Shown: positions 8,303 through 20,900, counted from the first letter of the stretch. The stretch: 64,000 nt of DNA from an uncultured Ectothiorhodospiraceae bacterium (GCA_964443845.1 CAYUFA010000002.1:4595-68594), one strand, 5' to 3'. Notes: generated by a model from the letters alone, not told the origin. Translations and numbers: made by a program.

Positions 8303-8851
8303 TCAGCCCTTGATCGGCTCGATGACGGCATCCAGGTTGAGCTGGTCGCAGAATTCCATGAATTCCTCGCGCAATGCCGCGATCTGCGTGGCCGCCCGGA
8401 CCTCGATGGTCAGGTGTACGGAAAACATCGGGGTGCCGGTGTGTGCCGCCGCGTAGCTCGTGGTGACCATTTCCTGGATGTTGATCTCGCGTTCGGCGAA
8501 GAATCTGGCCAGGTTGTGCACGATGCCGGGCTGGTTCAGCGCGACCACGTCCACGGCGTAGGGCAGCAGGTCATGACCGCTATCGCGCTCGCTGGTGCGG
8601 CGCGAGGTGATGGTCAGCCCCAGCCGCTCCTCCAGCCAGGGCAACTGGTCCTCCAGCTTGGCAATGTTGTTCCAGTTACCGGATACCTGCAGCAGCAGAG
8701 CGAAATCCCCGCCCAGCACGGCCATGCGGCTGTCGTTGATGTTGCATCCGCTGTGCAGGATGCAGCGCGCGAACTGGTCGATGATGCCGGTTTTATCCGC
8801 TCCCAGCGCGGCGATTACCAGGTGGTTCCTGGTCGTTGACTTGTCGTTCAT
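8303..8851 (-). CDS. gcvR: Glycine cleavage system transcriptional repressor GcvR (tandem ACT domains)
   Basis: N-terminal HLVIAALGADKTGIIDQF, two ACT-like halves, and divergent arrangement with dapA as in E. coli. Confidence 0.85.
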   Translation of the reverse strand: MNDKSTTRNHLVIAALGADKTGIIDQFARCILHSGCNINDSRMAVLGGDFALLLQVSGNWNNIAKLEDQLPWLEERLGLTITSRRTSERDSGHDLLPYAVDVVALNQPGIVHNLARFFAEREINIQEMVTTSYAAAHTGTPMFSVHLTIEVRAATQIAALREEFMEFCDQLNLDAVIEPIKG

Positions 8852-9021
8852 TCTTTAGGGTGATCCGGATGCCATGCTGACGATTCTGCCAGTCTGGGCA
8901 AAGTCTAGCATTTTTGTCGCGCCGGCAAGCCGGAATCCGGCCCCGGGGACACGATTTTCTTGTCAGTCCCGGGTCGCCTCAGTACCATGTCCACCTCGAC
9001 TCGGGTGCGGAGAATCCGGAA

Positions 9022-9909
9022 ATGTTTCAAGGCAGTATTGTTGCACTGGTGACCCCGATGCGCGAGGACGGGACGATCGACGAGGACAGCCTGCAGACGC
9101 TGGTCGAGTTCCATGTCGAGAACCAGTCCGATGCCCTCGTCGCGGTCGGGACGACCGGAGAATCGGCCACCCTCGACGAGCAGGAACACTGCCAGGTGAT
9201 CCGGCGTATCGTGGACCTCTGTGCGGGGCGGATCCCGGTCATTGCGGGTACCGGCGCCAATTCCACGCGCGAGGCGATCGAGCTGACCCGCTGCGCGCTG
9301 GATGCCGGTGCCGATGCCTGCCTGCTGGTGACACCGTACTACAACAAACCGACCCAGGAAGGCCTCTACCTGCACCACAAGGCCATTGCCGAGGCCGTTC
9401 CGATTCCCCAGATCCTGTACAATGTGCCTGGCCGTACCGCCTGCGACATGTTACCGGAAACCGTCGAGCGGCTGTCCCGGGTCGACAATATCATCGGCAT
9501 CAAGGAAGCGACCGGCAAGCTGGAGCGCGCGCGCGAGATCATGGACCGCTGTGGTGATCGCATGCTGGTCTTCAGCGGTGATGACGCGAGCGCAATGGAG
9601 CTGATGCTGATGGGCGGCAAGGGCAACGTGTCGGTGGTGGCCAACGTGGCTCCGGCCGCCGTGCATGAGCTGTGCAGGGCCGCACTGTCCGGAGACCGGG
9701 CCACCGCCACGGTGTTCAATGACCGGCTGGATACCCTGAACCGCGCCCTGTTCGTCGAGTCCAACCCGATTCCCGTCAAGTGGGCACTGCACGAAATGGG
9801 CCTGATCCCGCCGGGTATCCGCTTGCCGCTGACGCCGCTGGCGAAACAACATCACGCCACCGTTCGGCATGCGCTCGAACAGGCCGGCGTACTCGAAACC
9901 GCAGGATAA
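9022..9909 (+). CDS. dapA: 4-hydroxy-tetrahydrodipicolinate synthase
   Basis: MFQGSIVALVTPM..., GTTGESATL and YNVPGRT motifs. Length is 295 aa. Confidence 0.97.
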   Translation: MFQGSIVALVTPMREDGTIDEDSLQTLVEFHVENQSDALVAVGTTGESATLDEQEHCQVIRRIVDLCAGRIPVIAGTGANSTREAIELTRCALDAGADACLLVTPYYNKPTQEGLYLHHKAIAEAVPIPQILYNVPGRTACDMLPETVERLSRVDNIIGIKEATGKLERAREIMDRCGDRMLVFSGDDASAMELMLMGGKGNVSVVANVAPAAVHELCRAALSGDRATATVFNDRLDTLNRALFVESNPIPVKWALHEMGLIPPGIRLPLTPLAKQHHATVRHALEQAGVLETAG

Positions 9910-9913
9910 CGCT

Positions 9914-11026
9914 ATGCCATACCGACCCGCTGTACGAACCCTGGCCATGATCCTGACGGCAGTCCTGTTGCTGCCCGGGTGTGGCATTGCCCCCGGCCGG
10001 GACAAGGTCGACTACAAGAAGAGCAAGACCATCGACAGCCTGGAGGTGCCGCCGGAGCTGTCCTCCGATGCCATCAACGCGGCCCCCGAATCGCTGAACA
10101 GTGCCGAGGCAACCTACTCGGCGGAATCCACCACCACCGCGCAACCGCAACCCGCGTCTTCCGGCGTGCTGCCGGGCAGCCCGAACGTGCGCGTGGAGCG
10201 GGACGGCAACGAGGAATGGCTGGTCGTGAAGGGCGAGCCGGACCAGATCTGGCCGAAGGTGCGTGAATTCTGGCTCAGCCAGGGGTTCCTGATCAAAATG
10301 GAGGATCCGCGTATCGGTATCCTCGAGACCGACTGGAAAGAGAACCGGGCGGATATCCCGCAGGGGGTCATTCGCAAGTACCTTGGCAAGGTGGTGGACT
10401 CGTTGTATTCCGCCCCGACGCGCGACAAGTACCGGGTTCGGCTGGAACACGGCGAGCAGGCCGGAACCACCGAGATCTACCTGACCCAGCGCGGCGTCGA
10501 GGAAGTGGGCGGGGAGACGGTGGATGCCCCGACCACCTGGCACTCGCGTCCTCCCGACCCGGAGCTGGAAGACGAGATGCTCAAGCGGCTGATGGTGTTC
10601 CTGGGCGTCGACGAACAAAAGGCCAGGACCGAACTGGCGAGCAAGACGGTGCCGCCGGCACGTGCCGAACTGGTTACCGATGGCGGCGGTTCGATGCTGG
10701 TCGTCAAGGAAGACTTTTCGCGCGCCTGGCGCCGCACCGGGATCGCGCTGGACCGTATCGGGTTTACCGTGGACGACCGGAACCGTTCCAGCGGGACCTA
10801 CTTCGTGAAGTACAACGATCCGCTGGCCGAGCAGAAGGACAAGGGCATCCTGCACAAGCTTGCGTTCTGGTCCTCGGATGACAAGCAGGCAACGCCGGAA
10901 TACCGCATCGTGCTGCAGGCGAACGGTGCAACCACCAATGTCATCGTGAATGACGACAAGGGTGCGCGCGACCGGTCGGGCACGGCAAAACGCATCCTGA
11001 CCCTGCTGGAAGAGCAGTTGCGCTAG
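9914..11026 (+). CDS. bamC: Outer membrane protein assembly factor BamC (NlpB)
   Basis: Lipobox LLLPGC, a position immediately after dapA (conserved dapA-bamC synteny), and a size of about 370 aa. Confidence 0.85.
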   Translation: MPYRPAVRTLAMILTAVLLLPGCGIAPGRDKVDYKKSKTIDSLEVPPELSSDAINAAPESLNSAEATYSAESTTTAQPQPASSGVLPGSPNVRVERDGNEEWLVVKGEPDQIWPKVREFWLSQGFLIKMEDPRIGILETDWKENRADIPQGVIRKYLGKVVDSLYSAPTRDKYRVRLEHGEQAGTTEIYLTQRGVEEVGGETVDAPTTWHSRPPDPELEDEMLKRLMVFLGVDEQKARTELASKTVPPARAELVTDGGGSMLVVKEDFSRAWRRTGIALDRIGFTVDDRNRSSGTYFVKYNDPLAEQKDKGILHKLAFWSSDDKQATPEYRIVLQANGATTNVIVNDDKGARDRSGTAKRILTLLEEQLR

Positions 11027-11035
11027 CCTGCCCGC

Positions 11036-11797
11036 ATGCGCTTTGCATCGCTTGGCAGCGGCAGTCGTGGCAATGCCACGCTGGTTGAGGCGGGCGCTAC
11101 CCTGCTGATGCTCGACTGCGGGTTCTCGGTGCGCGAGACCGAGCGACGCCTGTCCGTGCTGGGCTGTGCACCGGAACGGATCAGCGCGCTGCTGGTGACC
11201 CACGAGCATGGCGACCATCTGCGCGGTGTAGCCCCGCTGGCGCGCAAGTACCGGATACCGGTATGGCTGACGCACGGGACCTGGCAGATGATGCGCGATT
11301 GCGCACTGCCCGATGTCCGCTACTGCAACGGCCACCAGTCGTTCGGGATCGGCGACCTGCGGGTGGAGCCGTTCACGGTTCCGCACGACGCCCGCGAACC
11401 CTGCCAGTTCTGCTTTTCCGCCAGCGGCCGCCGCCTGGGTGTGCTGACCGACACCGGCCGGCCGACAGCGCACATTCTGGACCGGCTCGGCGGGTGCGAC
11501 GCGTTGCTGCTGGAATGCAATCACGACCGCGATCTGCTCGCGAATGGACCATATTCCCCGGCGCTCAAGCGGCGGGTGGGTGGGCCGCTCGGCCACCTCA
11601 GCAACGAGCAGGCCGGGGCGCTGCTCGCGCGGCTGGAGCTTTCGCGCCTGCAGCACCTGGTGGCGGCGCACCTGAGCGAGCAGAACAACCGCCCGGAACT
11701 GGCCCGTGCCGCACTGGCACGCGGCGCCGGCTGTGCGCCGGAGCAGATCGCCGTTGCGGGCCAGGACACCGGGCTGGACTGGCGGCTGATCACCTGA
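11036..11797 (+). CDS. MBL-fold metallo-hydrolase
   Basis: HEHGDH metal-binding motif. N-terminal sequence MRFASLGSGSRGNATLVE is typical of the YycJ/PhnP-like subgroup. Confidence 0.85.
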   Translation: MRFASLGSGSRGNATLVEAGATLLMLDCGFSVRETERRLSVLGCAPERISALLVTHEHGDHLRGVAPLARKYRIPVWLTHGTWQMMRDCALPDVRYCNGHQSFGIGDLRVEPFTVPHDAREPCQFCFSASGRRLGVLTDTGRPTAHILDRLGGCDALLLECNHDRDLLANGPYSPALKRRVGGPLGHLSNEQAGALLARLELSRLQHLVAAHLSEQNNRPELARAALARGAGCAPEQIAVAGQDTGLDWRLIT

Positions 11798-11899
11798 GGC
11801 CGGCGCCATGACGCGTTTGCCCGGGCGGCTCGTTGCGCTGACACGCCCGAGGCGATCCAGTATGATGCCGCCACCCGCTGAGATTCCTTCGGAGCCGTA

Positions 11900-14800
11900 A
11901 TGCTGTACCTGCGCGGTGACGCCGCCCATTCCGCATTCCGCCTGCAAAAACGGCTGGAACTGTGCCGCGCGCAGCTGCCAACCCTGGCGGGGCTGCAGGC
12001 CGACTACCTGCACCTCGTGGAAACCGACGGCGAGGTGCCGGCCGCGGCGCGGGCGCAGCTCGGCCAGTTGCTGGGCGAGGTATCCAGACCGCTGCCCCGC
12101 GGCGCCGGCACCCTGTACGTAGTGCCGCGGCCCGGCACCATCTCCCCCTGGTCGAGCAAGGCCACCGATATCGTGCACAATTGCGGCCTCCACCAGGTGC
12201 GACGGGTCGAGCGCGGCGTGGCCTGGACACTGCAACTGGACGGCGCGCAGGACCCGGATGCCGCGCAGCGTGCGGTGCTCCTGCCGTTGCTGCACGACCG
12301 CATGATCGAGTCCGTGCTGTTCGACCTCGAGGACTGCGCGGTGCTGTTCCGTCACGCGGTGCCGGCACCGTGCGCACGGGTCGACGTGCTCGGTAGCGGG
12401 CATGCGGCGCTGGAGTCGGCCAACCGCGACCTGGGGCTGGCACTGGCGCCCGACGAAATCGACTATCTGGTGGAAAATTTCCTGGCCCTGGGCCGCAACC
12501 CGGTCGACGTCGAGCTGATGATGTTTGCCCAGGCCAACTCGGAGCACTGCCGGCACAAGATCTTCAACGCCGACTGGAGTATCGACGGCGAACCACAGTC
12601 GCACAGCCTGTTCGACATGATCCGCGCATCCTACCGGGCCAGCCCGGACGGGATCCTGTCGGCCTACGCGGACAACGCCGCCGTGCTCGAGGGCTTTCCG
12701 GTGCAGCGATTCTTCGCGGATCCCGGCACACACCGCTACCAGACGCACGCGCAGCCGGCTCACCTGGTCATCAAGGTGGAAACCCACAACCACCCGACGG
12801 CCATCGCGCCGTTCCCGGGTGCCGCGACCGGTTCCGGCGGCGAGATCCGCGACGAGGGGGCGACCGGGCGTGGCGCGAAGCCGAAGGCCGGCCTGTGCGG
12901 CTTCTCGGTGTCCAACCTGCGCATCCCGGGCTTCGAACAGCCGTGGGAGACCGACCACGGCAGGCCGGCGCGGATTGCCCCGGCGCTGGACATCATGATC
13001 GAGGGGCCACTGGGTGCGGCGGCCTTCAACAACGAGTTCGGGCGCCCGAACCTGTGCGGCTATTTCCGGACTTTCGAGGAACGGGTGGCCGGTCCCGACG
13101 GCCCGGAACTGCGCGGCTACCACAAGCCCGTCATGCTGGCCGGTGGCTGCGGCATGATTCGCGCAGACCACGTGCAGAAGGACAGCATCCCGCCGGAGAC
13201 GCCGGTCGTGGTGCTGGGCGGACCGGCCATGCTGATCGGGCTGGGTGGTGGCGCGGCCTCGTCGATGTCCAGCGGTGCGAGCGCCGAGGACCTCGATTTC
13301 GCCTCGGTGCAGCGCGGCAACCCGGAGATGGAGCGGCGCGCGCAGGAAGTGATCGACGCCTGCTGGGCACTGGGTGAGCACAACCCGATCGTGTCCATCC
13401 ACGACGTCGGTGCCGGCGGGCTGTCGAACGCCCTGCCGGAACTGGTCAACGACAGCGGCCGTGGCGGCAGTTTCGAACTGCGCGCCATCCCCAACGACGA
13501 TCCCGGCATGTCGCCGATGCAGGTGTGGTGCAACGAAGCGCAGGAACGCTACGTGCTGGCCATCGCCAGGGAGCGGCTGGAAACCTTCGAGGCGTTGTGC
13601 CGACGCGAACGCTGTCCGTATGCCGTGCTGGGCAAGGCCACGGAACGGCAGCAACTGCGGCTGAGCGACAGCCATTTCGACAATTCCCCCATCGATTTGC
13701 CCATGGGCCTGCTGCTGGGCAAGCCGCCGCGTATGCAGCGTGACGTGCAGCGCGTGACCGTTTCGCGCATCCCGTTCGACACCGGCCCGATCGACCTGTC
13801 CGACGCCGCGTTGCGCGTGCTGCGCCTGCCGGCGGTCGCGGACAAGACGTTTCTGGTCACCATCGGGGACCGTTCGGTGACCGGCCAGGTGGTGCGCGAC
13901 CAGATGGTCGGTCCGTGGCAGGTGCCGGTGGCGGACGCCGCGGTCACCTGTTCCGATTACCACGGTGCAACCGGCGAGGCCATGGCCATGGGGGAACGCA
14001 CGCCGGTGGCGCTGCTGGACGGTCCGGCGGCGGGGCGCATGGCGGTCGGCGAGGCGATTACCAACCTGGCCGCGGCACGCATCGCCGCCATCGGCGACAT
14101 CGTGCTGTCGGCCAACTGGATGGCACCGGCCGGGCATCCGGGCGAGGACGCCGTGCTGTACGATACGGTGCGCGCGGTCGGTGCAGAGCTGTGTCCCGCG
14201 CTGGGCATCGCGATTCCGGTCGGCAAGGATTCGATGTCGATGAAGTCGGTGTGGCGGGAACACGGCGCGGACCGTGCCGTCACCGCGCCGCTGTCGCTGA
14301 TCATCTCGGCGTTCGCGCGCGTGACCGACGTGCGCCGTACGCTGACCCCGCAACTGCGCACCGACCGCGGGGAGACCAAGCTGCTGCTGATCGATCTCGG
14401 GCGCGGGCGCAACCGTCTCGGCGGCTCGGCACTGGCGCAGGTCTACAAACAGGTCGGCAGCGTACCGCCGGACGTCGATGACCCGGCCCTGCTGCGGGCG
14501 TTTTTCGCCGCGATCCAGCAACTGAACGGCGCCGGCCTGCTGCTGGCCTATCACGACCGCTCCGACGGCGGCCTGTGGGCCTGCCTGTGCGAGCTGGCCT
14601 TCGCCGGGCACTGCGGGGTCAGCGTGCACATCGACGGCCTGGGTGACGACCCGGTGGCCGCGCTGTTCGCGGAAGAACTCGGCGCCGTGGTGCAGGTGCG
14701 CAACGACGACCTGCTCGAGGTGAAGGCGATCCTGCATCGGCACGGGCTGGCCGACTGCCTGCACGCCATCGGGCACCCGAATACCACCGACCGCATCAAT

Positions 14801-15793
14801 GTCACGCTGCGCGAGAATGCCGTGCTGACCGCGCCACGCGTGGAGTGGCAGCGCGCCTGGTCGGAGACCACTTACCGCATGCAGGCGCTGCGTGACAACC
14901 CGGCCTGCGCGCAGCAGGAATACGACCGTCTGCTGGATGCGCAGGATCCCGGCCTGTGCCCGCGGCTCAGCTTCGACGCGCAGGAGGACGTGGCCGCGCC
15001 GTTCATCGCGCGGGGCGCGCGTCCGCGCATGGCGATCCTGCGGGAACAGGGCGTCAACGGCCAGGTCGAGATGGCCGCCGCCTTCGACCGCGCCGGGTTC
15101 GAGGCGGTCGACGTGCACATGAGCGACCTGCTGGCCGCGCGCACCGCGCTGGACGGGTTTCGCGGCCTGGTGGCCTGTGGCGGGTTTTCCTTCGGTGACG
15201 TGCTGGGCGCCGGCCAGGGCTGGGCAAAGTCCGTGCTGTTCCACCCGGAACTGCGCGAGCAGTTCCACGCCTTTTTCGCGCGTCCCGACAGCTTCGCACT
15301 CGGCGTGTGCAACGGCTGCCAGATGCTGTCCACGCTGCAGGAGATCATCCCGGGCGCGGAGCACTGGCCGCGCTTCGTACGCAACACCTCCGAGCAGTTC
15401 GAAGCGCGTTTCGCGCAGCTGGAGATTCTCGAGTCCCCCTCCATCCTGTTGCGCGGCATGGCCGGGTCCGTGCTGCCGATCGCGGTGGCGCACGGGGAGG
15501 GACGCGCGGCATTCACCGGCGTCGACCCGGTGGCCGTATTGCAGCAAGGGCTGGTCGCGGCGCGCTACGTGGACGGCTACGGCAAACCGGCCGAGACCTA
15601 TCCCGCCAACCCGAACGGCTCGCCGCTGGGTATTACCGCGCTCACCACCACGGACGGCCGGGTCACCGTGATGATGCCGCATCCCGAGCGCGTGTTCCGC
15701 ACCGTCACGCACTCCTGGCATCCCGACGACTGGGGCCCGGACGGTCCCTGGCTGCGCCTGTTCCGCAACGCGCGGGTGTGGGTGGGCGACTGA
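11900..15793 (+). CDS. purL: Phosphoribosylformylglycinamidine synthase (large single-chain PurL)
   Basis: 1297 aa with a C-terminal GATase domain ([13 protein letters not shown]). The sequence is a typical PurL throughout. Confidence 0.98.
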   Translation: MLYLRGDAAHSAFRLQKRLELCRAQLPTLAGLQADYLHLVETDGEVPAAARAQLGQLLGEVSRPLPRGAGTLYVVPRPGTISPWSSKATDIVHNCGLHQVRRVERGVAWTLQLDGAQDPDAAQRAVLLPLLHDRMIESVLFDLEDCAVLFRHAVPAPCARVDVLGSGHAALESANRDLGLALAPDEIDYLVENFLALGRNPVDVELMMFAQANSEHCRHKIFNADWSIDGEPQSHSLFDMIRASYRASPDGILSAYADNAAVLEGFPVQRFFADPGTHRYQTHAQPAHLVIKVETHNHPTAIAPFPGAATGSGGEIRDEGATGRGAKPKAGLCGFSVSNLRIPGFEQPWETDHGRPARIAPALDIMIEGPLGAAAFNNEFGRPNLCGYFRTFEERVAGPDGPELRGYHKPVMLAGGCGMIRADHVQKDSIPPETPVVVLGGPAMLIGLGGGAASSMSSGASAEDLDFASVQRGNPEMERRAQEVIDACWALGEHNPIVSIHDVGAGGLSNALPELVNDSGRGGSFELRAIPNDDPGMSPMQVWCNEAQERYVLAIARERLETFEALCRRERCPYAVLGKATERQQLRLSDSHFDNSPIDLPMGLLLGKPPRMQRDVQRVTVSRIPFDTGPIDLSDAALRVLRLPAVADKTFLVTIGDRSVTGQVVRDQMVGPWQVPVADAAVTCSDYHGATGEAMAMGERTPVALLDGPAAGRMAVGEAITNLAAARIAAIGDIVLSANWMAPAGHPGEDAVLYDTVRAVGAELCPALGIAIPVGKDSMSMKSVWREHGADRAVTAPLSLIISAFARVTDVRRTLTPQLRTDRGETKLLLIDLGRGRNRLGGSALAQVYKQVGSVPPDVDDPALLRAFFAAIQQLNGAGLLLAYHDRSDGGLWACLCELAFAGHCGVSVHIDGLGDDPVAALFAEELGAVVQVRNDDLLEVKAILHRHGLADCLHAIGHPNTTDRINVTLRENAVLTAPRVEWQRAWSETTYRMQALRDNPACAQQEYDRLLDAQDPGLCPRLSFDAQEDVAAPFIARGARPRMAILREQGVNGQVEMAAAFDRAGFEAVDVHMSDLLAARTALDGFRGLVACGGFSFGDVLGAGQGWAKSVLFHPELREQFHAFFARPDSFALGVCNGCQMLSTLQEIIPGAEHWPRFVRNTSEQFEARFAQLEILESPSILLRGMAGSVLPIAVAHGEGRAAFTGVDPVAVLQQGLVAARYVDGYGKPAETYPANPNGSPLGITALTTTDGRVTVMMPHPERVFRTVTHSWHPDDWGPDGPWLRLFRNARVWVGD

Positions 15794-16079
15794 GCACGAA
15801 TCCGCACTGATCCGGCGTGTGCGTGCGCATGCTGTCCGTGGCGGCCATTTTTACTTTGCCATCGTCAGAGCGGTACGTTACCCTGCGCGGCAGGGGGGAT
15901 TGATCCAATACCTGCAACGTCATGCAGATGACTCGCCGCGCGGCGAGTGCATCCGTAGCGCGCTTGCCTGCACCCCGTTCTTTCCTGCCGAAATGCTGTG
16001 CCGGCCGCACCCGCCGGGCAGGGATGGTTAACCAGGAGCCAACGAGCACCACCGAATTCCGAACCGAGGGAGATACCGA

Positions 16080-17315
16080 ATGAAGAACAAAGTATTCAGG
16101 GTACTAGTATCCGGCGGCCTCATTGCTGCCGCCTCCGCCTGTCACCATAACAGTGCGGCCAAGGCGTGCGTAGCGCTGTTTGCCAATGACAACTACGTCG
16201 ATTACTCGGTTGACCGCGGTGGTGGAGATGCCTCAGGGTCGGAAGCGTACAACATGGAGCAGGCGCTGAAGGGCAAGGGCTACAGCGTGAGCACCTTCAC
16301 CGGCATCACCGCGGCGGATTTCACGGCGGCGACCACGAATTGCGCGAACCTGGTCATCCCGGAACAGGAAACCGGCGCGCTGGAGCCGGACCTCGATGCC
16401 GCGGCGCTGACCGCGATCGGGGATTTCGTCAACGCGGGCGGCAACCTGATCGTGGGCTACGCGGACAGTAATACCACCGACCTGGTCAATGCCATCTTTG
16501 GCTGGAGCACCAGCACGACCGGCGTAGATGCACCGGGTGACCTGGTGGACAACGATGCGGCGGGCACGCCGTTTGCCGGCGGCACGACGGCCGGCGGCAC
16601 TACCTTGACGGACCCGAGTGCGACGGACTCGTTCACGGCCGCCGACCTGCCGCCGGGTGCGCGCATCCCCTATGCGGACCAGTCCGACAACGCCGTGGTC
16701 GCGTTGCTGCAGGTCGGTTCGGGCAGTGTGACGCTGCTGGGCTGGGACTTCTACGACGCGGCGCCGGTCGGCGCCATGGATGATGGCTGGATCCAGGTGC
16801 TGACCCAGGCGGCGGACGTGGATGCGCTGGAGCTGAAGATCCCGCTGACCGACGTGGCGCTGGCGGACCTGCAGGCGAAGGGCTGGAGCACCTGCTTCAC
16901 CGGCCTGTACAATGACAATACCACCACCGTGGCCGACGCCCTGGCGACCTGCACGGGAGCGGAGCTGATGCTCGCCTGTCGGCAGACGGGTGATTCGACC
17001 CTGACCCTGGCCGCGGGGGCTCCGCAGGCGGAGACCATGGTGGATACCGGGGCGGCCGACAACGGCACCACCAACGACTACGAGGGCATCTCGTGGTACT
17101 TCAACAACGACTGGTCCTGGGGCTTTGCCTCGCGCGGGGACACGGTGATGAAGCAGGAGTGTGATATCGATGCTACCGGCAAGAACAACCAGCGCCTGTG
17201 CTGGCATGTGGGAACAGACGGTACGACAGGCCAGTTTGCCGGCGGTTATCGCTGCGGCGTCACCGAGGACCTCAACGATTCCGCGGACTACGAGCGAGTG
17301 CTGCTGACACGCTAA
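16080..17315 (+). CDS. Secreted Cys-rich lipoprotein of unknown function
   Basis: GAGGGAGA Shine-Dalgarno sequence and a signal/lipobox-like N-terminus (LIAAASAC). It has about 10 further Cys residues and is followed by a strong intrinsic terminator. No family was recognised. Confidence 0.75.
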   Translation: MKNKVFRVLVSGGLIAAASACHHNSAAKACVALFANDNYVDYSVDRGGGDASGSEAYNMEQALKGKGYSVSTFTGITAADFTAATTNCANLVIPEQETGALEPDLDAAALTAIGDFVNAGGNLIVGYADSNTTDLVNAIFGWSTSTTGVDAPGDLVDNDAAGTPFAGGTTAGGTTLTDPSATDSFTAADLPPGARIPYADQSDNAVVALLQVGSGSVTLLGWDFYDAAPVGAMDDGWIQVLTQAADVDALELKIPLTDVALADLQAKGWSTCFTGLYNDNTTTVADALATCTGAELMLACRQTGDSTLTLAAGAPQAETMVDTGAADNGTTNDYEGISWYFNNDWSWGFASRGDTVMKQECDIDATGKNNQRLCWHVGTDGTTGQFAGGYRCGVTEDLNDSADYERVLLTR

Positions 17316-17345
17316 TCCGCAACGAGGTGATTGCAGTACGAAATG

Positions 17346-17376
17346 CGGGGGCCGGGCAACCGGCCCCCGTTTTTTT
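17346..17376 (+). terminator. Rho-independent terminator
   Basis: Stem CGGGGGCCGG, loop GCAA, stem CCGGCCCCCG, followed by T7. Confidence 0.85.
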
Positions 17377-17535
17377 ATACATGCCGGGCGGTGGCGACCG
17401 TACCTGCCCGTGCCGTCATACCGGCCGGTGAACCGGCGCCGCTGACGGCAGGGTACGCGTGAACCGGTCGCGGGTGTCTGGCCATGGCCGGAATACGGTC
17501 AGTCTGGTGGGTTAGCGGCTGCGCTGCTGACCGTC

Positions 17536-17553
17536 TGTCACCGAATGGTAACA
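17536..17553. promoter_or_regulatory. Inverted repeat TGTCACC-N4-GGTAACA, a candidate enhancer-binding-protein site (UAS)
   Basis: 6/7 symmetric half-sites about 160 nt upstream of the sigma54 -24 element. An AT-rich tract (17667-17700) lies between them. Confidence 0.4.
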
Positions 17554-17703
17554 ATTCGCTTGCTTGTTTTTCAGGGTATTACGGAAACCGGGTGGTTGAG
17601 TGTCGGGATTCGACGACGTGAAGGCGACCGTTTTCGCGCGCATGCCCCCGGTGCACATCCCTCGTCTTGATAATTATTTGAAAAATAATATTAATTTTGA
17701 GCG

Positions 17704-17719
17704 TGGCATGGAATTTGCC
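17704..17719 (+). promoter_or_regulatory. Sigma54 (RpoN) -24/-12 promoter
   Basis: TGGCATGGAATTTGCC matches TGGCAC-N5-TTGC, with the canonical GG-N10-GC spacing. Confidence 0.7.
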
Positions 17720-17761
17720 AACGGGTATGGATGACACCGAAAATTCCTGCCGGGGGATACC

Positions 17762-17980
17762 ATGTTACGACGCTTGCGTAAGTTGCTGGTCCAGGAAGTT
17801 CCCGAGGAACTGGCGGTCTGCATGTTCGAGTGCCCCAGGAGCCAGTGCACGACCCAGTACTGGGCGACCTGCGAGCTGCGCAGGAAGGGCCGTCAGGAAG
17901 TCAGTACACTCAGCACCACACCGGACCGCCCTGCAACGGTGTATCCAGTGAAAGTCAGGCTGCTGCCCAGACGCGGTTGA
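17762..17980 (+). CDS. Small hypothetical protein (72 aa) with four Cys (C-x3-C-x4-C-x7-C)
   Basis: ATG preceded by a GGGGGA Shine-Dalgarno sequence, about 30 nt downstream of the predicted sigma54 transcription start. Third-codon positions are G/C-biased. No family was recognised. Confidence 0.5.
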   Translation: MLRRLRKLLVQEVPEELAVCMFECPRSQCTTQYWATCELRRKGRQEVSTLSTTPDRPATVYPVKVRLLPRRG

Positions 17981-18023
17981 CGGGCGAATTGCACGCCCTG
18001 CGCGGAACGTGGCCGGCATCCGG

Positions 18024-19109
18024 CTAGCGTTTCGAGATCCACACGCCCTCCAGTCCCAGGCGTTCCTCCAGTAAACCCACCCAGTCGCGTGCCTCCCGGG
18101 CCGTGTGATAGCCGGTGGCGCGGATGCGGACCAGCGGACGGTCGTGGACCGTGACGTGGACGAGCTCGGCCTCGACTCCCTTGTTACGGAACCTGGCCAG
18201 CGCGTGCCGGGCGTCCGCCTCAGTGCGATACGCTGCGAGGTTGACCACCCAGTCCCCGTCTCCGGGATTGCTGGCCGACAGCGGGGGCAGGGTCTGCGCC
18301 GGGCTTTCGGTCGTGCCCGGATCATCCAGCAGGGCGACGACCGGTGCGGTAATGGTGGCCGGGCTGGAAACCGGTGCGGGTACCGGCTCGGCCGCCGGCG
18401 GCACGGGGGAGGGAGGAGTCAGCGGGGCCGGGGCTGCATCGAGTGTTTCGGCCTGTGTGATCTGCAGCGGGGCCGGCTCCGGCGGGGTAACCGCGCCAGG
18501 GGCTGGCGGCACGGCGGAAGGTTGCGGTGCGGATCGTTCCGCCAGGCTGCCGGCGGGGGCGGGCAGGGTTGCTGGTTCGAGCGGCGTGGTCCCGGTCATT
18601 TCCTGGCGGGCGGTGGTCGTTGCCGGTACCGGCGTGAGCGGGGTGACGCTCTCCGGTACGACGTCGACCACCGGGCCGTTGAGGAGACCGGCCGCCGGGG
18701 CCGGCAGGGTGTCCAGCTTGTTGGCCAGGGCATTTGCACCCCGGGTGTCGGGGCGGGTGCGCGGTAATGCCGACCTGATGGGCGGCGGACGGATCCCGCT
18801 GATCACCTTCGTTGGTTGCGTGGTCGAACTGAAATAGACACCGCCGATACCGACCAGCAGCATCAGTACCAGCAGGCGTGTCACCGCGCCGAGCAGGCGC
18901 TGCCCGGTGGTGCGTTCCGGCGGGGTGTGCCGGTGTGGCCGGTAGTGCGGGCTGTCGTCCAGCCGCCGCCAGGTACCGAGCGTGCCGGCATCTTCCCAGT
19001 GCTCCCAGGGAGAAGGCCCGGCGGCAAACGCGTCCACGCCTTCGTAGTGCATGCGCACCTCGAACTCGCGCAGCTTCTCGGGGTCCGGTGCGGCTTGGCT
19101 CTGTGGCAT
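18024..19109 (-). CDS. SPOR domain-containing membrane protein
   Basis: One TM helix ([15 protein letters not shown]), a Pro/Ala-rich linker, and a C-terminal SPOR-like domain ([26 protein letters not shown]...). Its start lies 4 nt after the ettA stop. Confidence 0.85.
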   Translation of the reverse strand: MPQSQAAPDPEKLREFEVRMHYEGVDAFAAGPSPWEHWEDAGTLGTWRRLDDSPHYRPHRHTPPERTTGQRLLGAVTRLLVLMLLVGIGGVYFSSTTQPTKVISGIRPPPIRSALPRTRPDTRGANALANKLDTLPAPAAGLLNGPVVDVVPESVTPLTPVPATTTARQEMTGTTPLEPATLPAPAGSLAERSAPQPSAVPPAPGAVTPPEPAPLQITQAETLDAAPAPLTPPSPVPPAAEPVPAPVSSPATITAPVVALLDDPGTTESPAQTLPPLSASNPGDGDWVVNLAAYRTEADARHALARFRNKGVEAELVHVTVHDRPLVRIRATGYHTAREARDWVGLLEERLGLEGVWISKR

Positions 19110-19112
19110 GAC

Positions 19113-20780
<1,668 letters not shown>

Positions 20781-20900
20781 GGGGTGACTGCTCCGGGGAG
20801 TGCTTCGGTGGCGCACATTATAGGCGGCAGGGTGGGGCGGGCAAGCGGCGTGCCGGAACGCACGCAAGCCGCGGGCAGCGTGGCTGGCGCTGCCTGCGAC

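Noticed and set aside
9776-15721. A 1981-aa ORF on the minus strand, the longest in the window.
   Set aside because: It is exactly antisense to purL. Its translation is low-complexity Arg/Ala/Gly/His/Pro-rich sequence with no recognisable motifs. It is a typical shadow ORF caused by stop-codon depletion in high-GC DNA, and purL on the plus strand is unambiguous.
17605-17615. GGGATTCGACG, reminiscent of the 5' region of tmRNA (ssrA), in a non-coding stretch.
   Set aside because: There is no GGGG(C/G)TGA 5' end, no tag reading frame, and no 3' tRNA-like T-arm or CCA context nearby. It is an isolated short match.
17697-17951. An 84-aa ORF overlapping the sigma54 promoter region. ORFs 17830-18027 (+) and 17765-18325 (-) are related cases.
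   Set aside because: The 84-aa ORF starts inside or upstream of the promoter elements and has no Shine-Dalgarno sequence. The minus-strand ORF is an out-of-frame extension over the SPOR gene end. The 72-aa frame at 17762 is the only one with a Shine-Dalgarno sequence and sensible placement.
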